Positions 60,014-64,000 of a stretch of 64,000 bases of DNA are shown one piece after another. The position numbers and the translations under genes were made by a program. This stretch comes from Candidatus Omnitrophota bacterium (GTDB lineage Bacteria > Omnitrophota > Gorgyraeia > JAGLLT01). The number at the start of each line of letters is the position of its first letter. Position 1 is the first letter of the stretch. The notes under the pieces are model-generated. The model did not search any database. It was not told where the DNA came from and worked only from the letters and a program-made list of their open reading frames with translations. The DNA lies in assembly GCA_023140385.1 (NCBI GenBank), contig JAGLLT010000018.1, forward strand, positions 6,071-70,070. The letters are read 5' to 3'.

Positions 60014-61421
60014 TCAAAATTTTAGGCTGAGTGATACAATCGCGGCTATCGCGACACCATTAGGGGTAGGGGGCCTAAGCATCGTACGCTTAAGCGGCGG
60101 AGAGGCCTTAAAGGTTGCTGACAAATTATTTGTCTCCGCGGATAAAAAGAAGCCTTCTCGGTTTCAAACCCATACCGTTCATTACGGCCGGGTGCTTTAT
60201 CCGCCGTCTAAAAGCAGGGGGGGGAGAGAGGAAATAGATGAAGCCCTCATGACCGTTATGCGTTCGCCAAAAAGTTATACCAGGGAGGATGTAGTTGAGA
60301 TAAGCTGTCATGGCGGCCTGGTTCCCGCCAGGAAGATTCTTGATTTGGTGTTGGGTTTAAAGGTAAGGCTGGCTGAGCCGGGTGAATTTACCAAAAGAGC
60401 TTTCTTAAACGGAAGGATTGACTTGACACAGGCTGAGGCGGTTCTGGACGTAATTCAGGCAAAGACCGAGGCTGGTTTAAGAGTCGCTCTTAACCATCTT
60501 AAAGGCCGCCTGTCTAAAAAAATAAAGGCAATGCGGGAGGAGTTGATTGATCTCTTGTCAGATGCTGAGGCCTCAATTGATTTTAGTGGTGAAGACATAG
60601 AAGTTATAAGCGGAAGCTCTCTGTCTAAAAGGTTAAGAAAAAACGCTTTAGTTTTAAAAAGACTGCTTGATACCGCCGGCAGAGGTATTATATTAACCGA
60701 AGGGGCATCCGTTGTTATTTGCGGCAAGGCAAACGTTGGCAAATCGAGCCTGATGAACGCGCTGTTAAAGGTAGAAAAGGTTATAGTGACTCCTCAAGCC
60801 GGCACAACCCGTGATACAATTGAAGAGTTAATTAACATTGAGGGAGTTCCCGTCAGGATAATCGATACGGCGGGTGTTCTGGAGCCGGCTGATATAGTTG
60901 AAGAGGAAAGCATTTTACGCAGTAAAAATACAGTAAGCGGGGCTGATATAGCGCTTTTTGTTTTAGATTACAGCAGGCCTCTTTCCGCGCAGGACAAAGA
61001 GATAATAGATCATATAAAAGACAAAGTTGTGATTGTGGTTGTTAATAAAATAGATTTGCCTTTGAAGTTAAAGACAGAGGCTATAAAAGGTTTCTTAAAG
61101 GGCAAAGAGGTTGTTAAGATTTCAGCGGCTGAAGGTTTAAATTTAAGAAAAGTGGAAAAGGCCATTATTCGGACGCTTTTTCAGGGGCAGGGCGCCTGTG
61201 TTTCAGGTCCAATGTTGAATAACCTGCGGCATAAAAGTCTCATACGGCAGGCCTATGACAATCTGCTAAACGCGGAAAAATCCCTTAAAAAAGGCCTTTC
61301 TTTTGAATTTATTGCTCTCGACCTAAAAGAGGCCCTGGATAGATTGGGAGAAATTACAGGGGAGTCTGCTTCCGGAGATATTCTGGACGCGGTTTTTTCA
61401 AAATTTTGCGTGGGAAAATGA
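60006..61421 (+). CDS. mnmE: tRNA modification GTPase MnmE (TrmE)
   Basis: G-domain motifs GKANVGKSSLMN and DTAG, the N-terminal THF-binding domain, and the C-terminal CxGK motif (FCVGK). Confidence 0.9.
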   Translation: MGNQNFRLSDTIAAIATPLGVGGLSIVRLSGGEALKVADKLFVSADKKKPSRFQTHTVHYGRVLYPPSKSRGGREEIDEALMTVMRSPKSYTREDVVEISCHGGLVPARKILDLVLGLKVRLAEPGEFTKRAFLNGRIDLTQAEAVLDVIQAKTEAGLRVALNHLKGRLSKKIKAMREELIDLLSDAEASIDFSGEDIEVISGSSLSKRLRKNALVLKRLLDTAGRGIILTEGASVVICGKANVGKSSLMNALLKVEKVIVTPQAGTTRDTIEELINIEGVPVRIIDTAGVLEPADIVEEESILRSKNTVSGADIALFVLDYSRPLSAQDKEIIDHIKDKVVIVVVNKIDLPLKLKTEAIKGFLKGKEVVKISAAEGLNLRKVEKAIIRTLFQGQGACVSGPMLNNLRHKSLIRQAYDNLLNAEKSLKKGLSFEFIALDLKEALDRLGEITGESASGDILDAVFSKFCVGK

Positions 61422-61434
61422 AAGGAAGTAAAAA

Positions 61435-61998
61435 ATGAGTATTAATAAGAAAAAAGTAGAGACAGCCGTTAAATTATTTCTCGAGGCTATAGGGGAAGAT
61501 GTAAAAAGGCAGGGGGTTGTTGATACACCGCGAAGAATAGCCAATATGTGTGATGAAATATTGGCTGGCATGACAAGAAAGGCTGACAAAGAGCTTGAGG
61601 TAATATTTACCAAAGAACATGATGAGATTATATTGGTTAAGGATATTCCATTCTACTCGCTTTGCGAGCACCACCTCTTGCCTTTTTTTGGCAAGACACA
61701 TGTGGCCTATATTCCTTCAGGGCACAAAATTACAGGATTAAGTAAGTTGGCCAGGGTAGTTGACCTGTTGTCGAAAAAGCTGCAGATACAGGAGAATCTT
61801 ACCACGGAGATCGCCGACCTTGTAATGAAGAAGCTAAAACCCAAGGGTGTTATGGTGGTCGTGGAAGCGGAACATCTTTGTATGAGTATGAGAGGGGTGA
61901 AAAAACCGGGAGCCCTGACGATAACCAGCGCGGTGAGAGGCGTCTTTAGAAAAAGCGAAAAAACCCGCTCTGAGACGCTCTTCCTGATTAAATCTTGA
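61435..61998 (+). CDS. folE: GTP cyclohydrolase I
   Basis: 187 aa with the [11 protein letters not shown] active-site motif. Confidence 0.9.
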   Translation: MSINKKKVETAVKLFLEAIGEDVKRQGVVDTPRRIANMCDEILAGMTRKADKELEVIFTKEHDEIILVKDIPFYSLCEHHLLPFFGKTHVAYIPSGHKITGLSKLARVVDLLSKKLQIQENLTTEIADLVMKKLKPKGVMVVVEAEHLCMSMRGVKKPGALTITSAVRGVFRKSEKTRSETLFLIKS

Positions 61999-62025
61999 CA
62001 CAGGCCGGCCAAAATATGGTATAAT
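61995..62025 (+). promoter_or_regulatory. Candidate extended -10 promoter (TTGACA ... TGgTATAAT) upstream of the GAF/HD-GYP gene
   Basis: TTGACA at 61995-62000 and TGGTATAAT at 62017-62025. The spacer is long (19 nt) but there is an extended -10 TG. It overlaps the folE stop codon. Confidence 0.4.
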
Positions 62026-62065
62026 ATAAAAAGAATATCTAAAAACACTAAGAGGAGAGCATTCT

Positions 62066-63241
62066 ATGAGTTTAAGCAGCCTTGAAGTTAAAATCAACGA
62101 GCTGGAAGGACAGATAGCAAGAAAGAACAGGCAGATTCAGGAATTGGAGTTGATGCATAAAATAAGCAAAGAGGCTGCCGGCGTTATTCATCTTAATAAG
62201 AGCCTGCAGTTGATTGCTAATGAAGCCTGCGATGCCTTTAAGGCGGGAATTGGTTCAATTTTGCTGGTTGATTTTGAGTCGAAGGATTTAATCATTAAAG
62301 CTGCCAGAGGCCTTGATGAATCCGTTATCAGGGAAACCAGAGTAAAGGTGGGAGAGAGGGTTTCCGGCTGGGTAGCTGAATTTAAAGAACCTCTTTTAGT
62401 AGTAGATATCGAGAAAGATCAACGCTTTGCCAAGAGAAGTAATGAAAAGTATTTTAATAATTCTCTTATTGCCGCTCCTATATCCTGCCTGGGCCAATTC
62501 CTGGGAGTTATAAATATTAATAATAAGAAGACTAAAGAAGTGTTTACCGAGCACGACCTGGATTTATTGGTGGCCATTGCCGAGCAGGCGGGAATAATTA
62601 TCAATAATGCCGACAACTATAAAAAACTGCAGGATTTATATATGAATACCGTTTCGGCTTTAACCGAGGCCATTGATACCCGCGATCATTATACTAAAAA
62701 TCACTCGGAGCATGTAACTAAATATGCTGTAGATATAGCCAGGGAGTTAAATCTAAATGAGGAGAGGATAAATATTTTAAGAGACGCGGCTAAACTGCAT
62801 GATATTGGGAAGATAGGAGTGCATGATTACATTTTAATGAAGCCCGGGAAGTTAACTAAAGAAGAGTGGGAAGAGATTAAACTGCACGCGCTTAAAGGTG
62901 TCAAGATTCTCCAGCCGCTTACTTTTTTAAACAATTCAATAGATATTATCAGAGGCCACCATGAAAGATACGATGGTGAAGGTTACCCGGATGGTAAGAA
63001 GGGTGAAGAAATACCTCTTGAGGCCAGAATTATGGCAGTTGCTGATTCCTTTGACGCTATGACGACTGAAAGACCCTATCGTAAGGCATTAACGACAAAG
63101 GAGGCCTTAGATGAAATTACGCGTGGAAAAGGCAGTCAGTTTGACCCTGGTGTAGCCGATGCTTTTTTGAGGTGCGTTAGCAAAAAAAGCTATAATTTTT
63201 CACAGGAAATTACCGGTTTTAAAAGTGAATTAGTCCTTTAA
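62066..63241 (+). CDS. GAF-domain HD-GYP phosphodiesterase (c-di-GMP hydrolase type)
   Basis: N-terminal coiled coil plus GAF domain. C-terminal HD domain with HD...HHERYDGEGYP (the HD-GYP motif). Confidence 0.8.
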   Translation: MSLSSLEVKINELEGQIARKNRQIQELELMHKISKEAAGVIHLNKSLQLIANEACDAFKAGIGSILLVDFESKDLIIKAARGLDESVIRETRVKVGERVSGWVAEFKEPLLVVDIEKDQRFAKRSNEKYFNNSLIAAPISCLGQFLGVININNKKTKEVFTEHDLDLLVAIAEQAGIIINNADNYKKLQDLYMNTVSALTEAIDTRDHYTKNHSEHVTKYAVDIARELNLNEERINILRDAAKLHDIGKIGVHDYILMKPGKLTKEEWEEIKLHALKGVKILQPLTFLNNSIDIIRGHHERYDGEGYPDGKKGEEIPLEARIMAVADSFDAMTTERPYRKALTTKEALDEITRGKGSQFDPGVADAFLRCVSKKSYNFSQEITGFKSELVL

Positions 63242-63267
63242 GGCAAAGACTTAGGGGGGTCTTTATT

Positions 63268-63717
63268 ATGGATGAAAAGGAAAAAGAGAAGTTAAGTGAG
63301 TTGTCGCCGGATGTAGAAAAGGATATGAAGAAAGGTAAGGGTTATACTACTATATTGGCAAATATCGTAGGAGATATAAGAAAACGCGATGTTGAGAAAG
63401 CAGTCAGGTTAAAAAATGATAAAATTAAAGCTCCCGGCCTCATCAAGAAGTTTTTGAAATCAGTGGGCTGGAGTGAGAAAGAAGCGGTTTCTATAGAAGA
63501 AGAAGCTCTGGGAGAAAAGAAGGACGATATCGCGCGGGAGAACATAGTGGGAATTGAAGAAATAAAAGAAGATGAGTTAAAGGTAGAGGTCAGGCATGAA
63601 ATAAGCGGTATTGAAGAAGCCGGTGTAATTAAATTTCGGGGCAGAGATTATATGGTGTTGAGCACGACGACCAATGAACAAAGTGAAACCTTTACCTTTC
63701 ATCTGAAAGGGTGTTAA
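63268..63717 (+). CDS. Hypothetical protein (149 aa, Lys/Glu-rich)
   Basis: Open reading frame with reasonable codon usage. No recognisable family. Confidence 0.3.
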   Translation: MDEKEKEKLSELSPDVEKDMKKGKGYTTILANIVGDIRKRDVEKAVRLKNDKIKAPGLIKKFLKSVGWSEKEAVSIEEEALGEKKDDIARENIVGIEEIKEDELKVEVRHEISGIEEAGVIKFRGRDYMVLSTTTNEQSETFTFHLKGC

Positions 63718-63747
63718 GTGCTGTTCTAAAGAATGCAAGGGCCGCTT

Positions 63748-64000
63748 ATGGCTGATAATGATATTTCCCGTCAGAACCCAGACAAACAAACTAAACCTTC
63801 TCAGCCATTCTCCGGAGTTACCGGTCAGAGTCTTGGAGAGTTTGAAGTAAAAAAGGAGATTGGCAGGGGCGGCACTTCTATTGTTTATGAGGCCTACCAG
63901 CCAAGTTTAAAAAGGGTGGTCGCTCTAAAGGTTCTCCGAAGACCTCTTATCAAAGAACCCAGCCTTATTGAAAGATTCCATCGCGAAGCAGAGGCTGCCG
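63748..64000 (+). CDS. Ser/Thr protein kinase, N-terminal part (continues beyond the window)
   Basis: Kinase subdomain I-II: FEVKKEIGRGGTSIVYEA (Gly-rich loop) and VALKVL (catalytic Lys). It is cut off by the window end. Confidence 0.65.
   Translation, partial: MADNDISRQNPDKQTKPSQPFSGVTGQSLGEFEVKKEIGRGGTSIVYEAYQPSLKRVVALKVLRRPLIKEPSLIERFHREAEAA

Overview
This 64-kb window comes from an AT-rich bacterial chromosome. All of the roughly 55 credible genes lie on the + strand; the large minus-strand ORFs are antisense artefacts inside + strand genes. The coding content points to a diderm (outer-membrane) organism. It includes a partial SecA C-terminus, Lnt, LolC/E-LolD, MlaE-MlaF-MlaD, an AsmA/TamB-like protein, a PilQ-type secretin and an exosortase. 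The housekeeping gene order is strikingly Bacillus-like: lysS ... mcsA-mcsB-clpC ... radA, a YacL-like PIN/TRAM gene, ispD-ispF-cysE-cysS. Main blocks: (1) 1-2529, secA (partial) and lnt. (2) 2546-5760, a small accessory islet. It holds an MntA-like nucleotidyltransferase, a truncated HepT-like gene, and a family of palindrome-containing repeats (three direct copies and one degenerate inverted copy). These repeats bracket a 490-aa polytopic membrane protein. The islet also carries a 68-bp duplicated copy of the 5' end of a small YwbE-like gene. (3) 5903-24341, housekeeping genes: lysS, lolCE/lolD, a class IV aminotransferase, mcsA-mcsB-clpC, the AsmA-like/mlaEFD insertion, radA, the PIN/TRAM gene, ispDF, cysE and cysS. 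(4) 24577-48242, a REC-GAF-GGDEF diguanylate cyclase followed by a ~21-kb exosortase-type exopolysaccharide locus. The locus encodes a PilQ-like secretin, a Wzz-like polysaccharide co-polymerase, a BY-kinase, two Wzx-like flippases, an O-antigen-ligase-like protein, GT4, GT9 and GT2 glycosyltransferases, a putative GT-B protein, a GH20-like/CBM protein, an epimerase, a methyltransferase, a WecA-like priming transferase, a TPR lipoprotein, an exosortase and EpsI. No PEP-CTERM substrate is visible. (5) 48526-56356, a glycan-utilisation cluster: a solute-binding protein, a GH94 phosphorylase, an AraC regulator, a PilZ protein and a GH35 beta-galactosidase. (6) 56501-64000: a lipoprotein, purH, folC, mnmE, folE, a GAF-HD-GYP phosphodiesterase, a hypothetical gene and the N-terminus of a Ser/Thr kinase. 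I found no rRNA, tRNA or CRISPR array. All family assignments come from reading motifs in the translated ORFs; no database search was possible.
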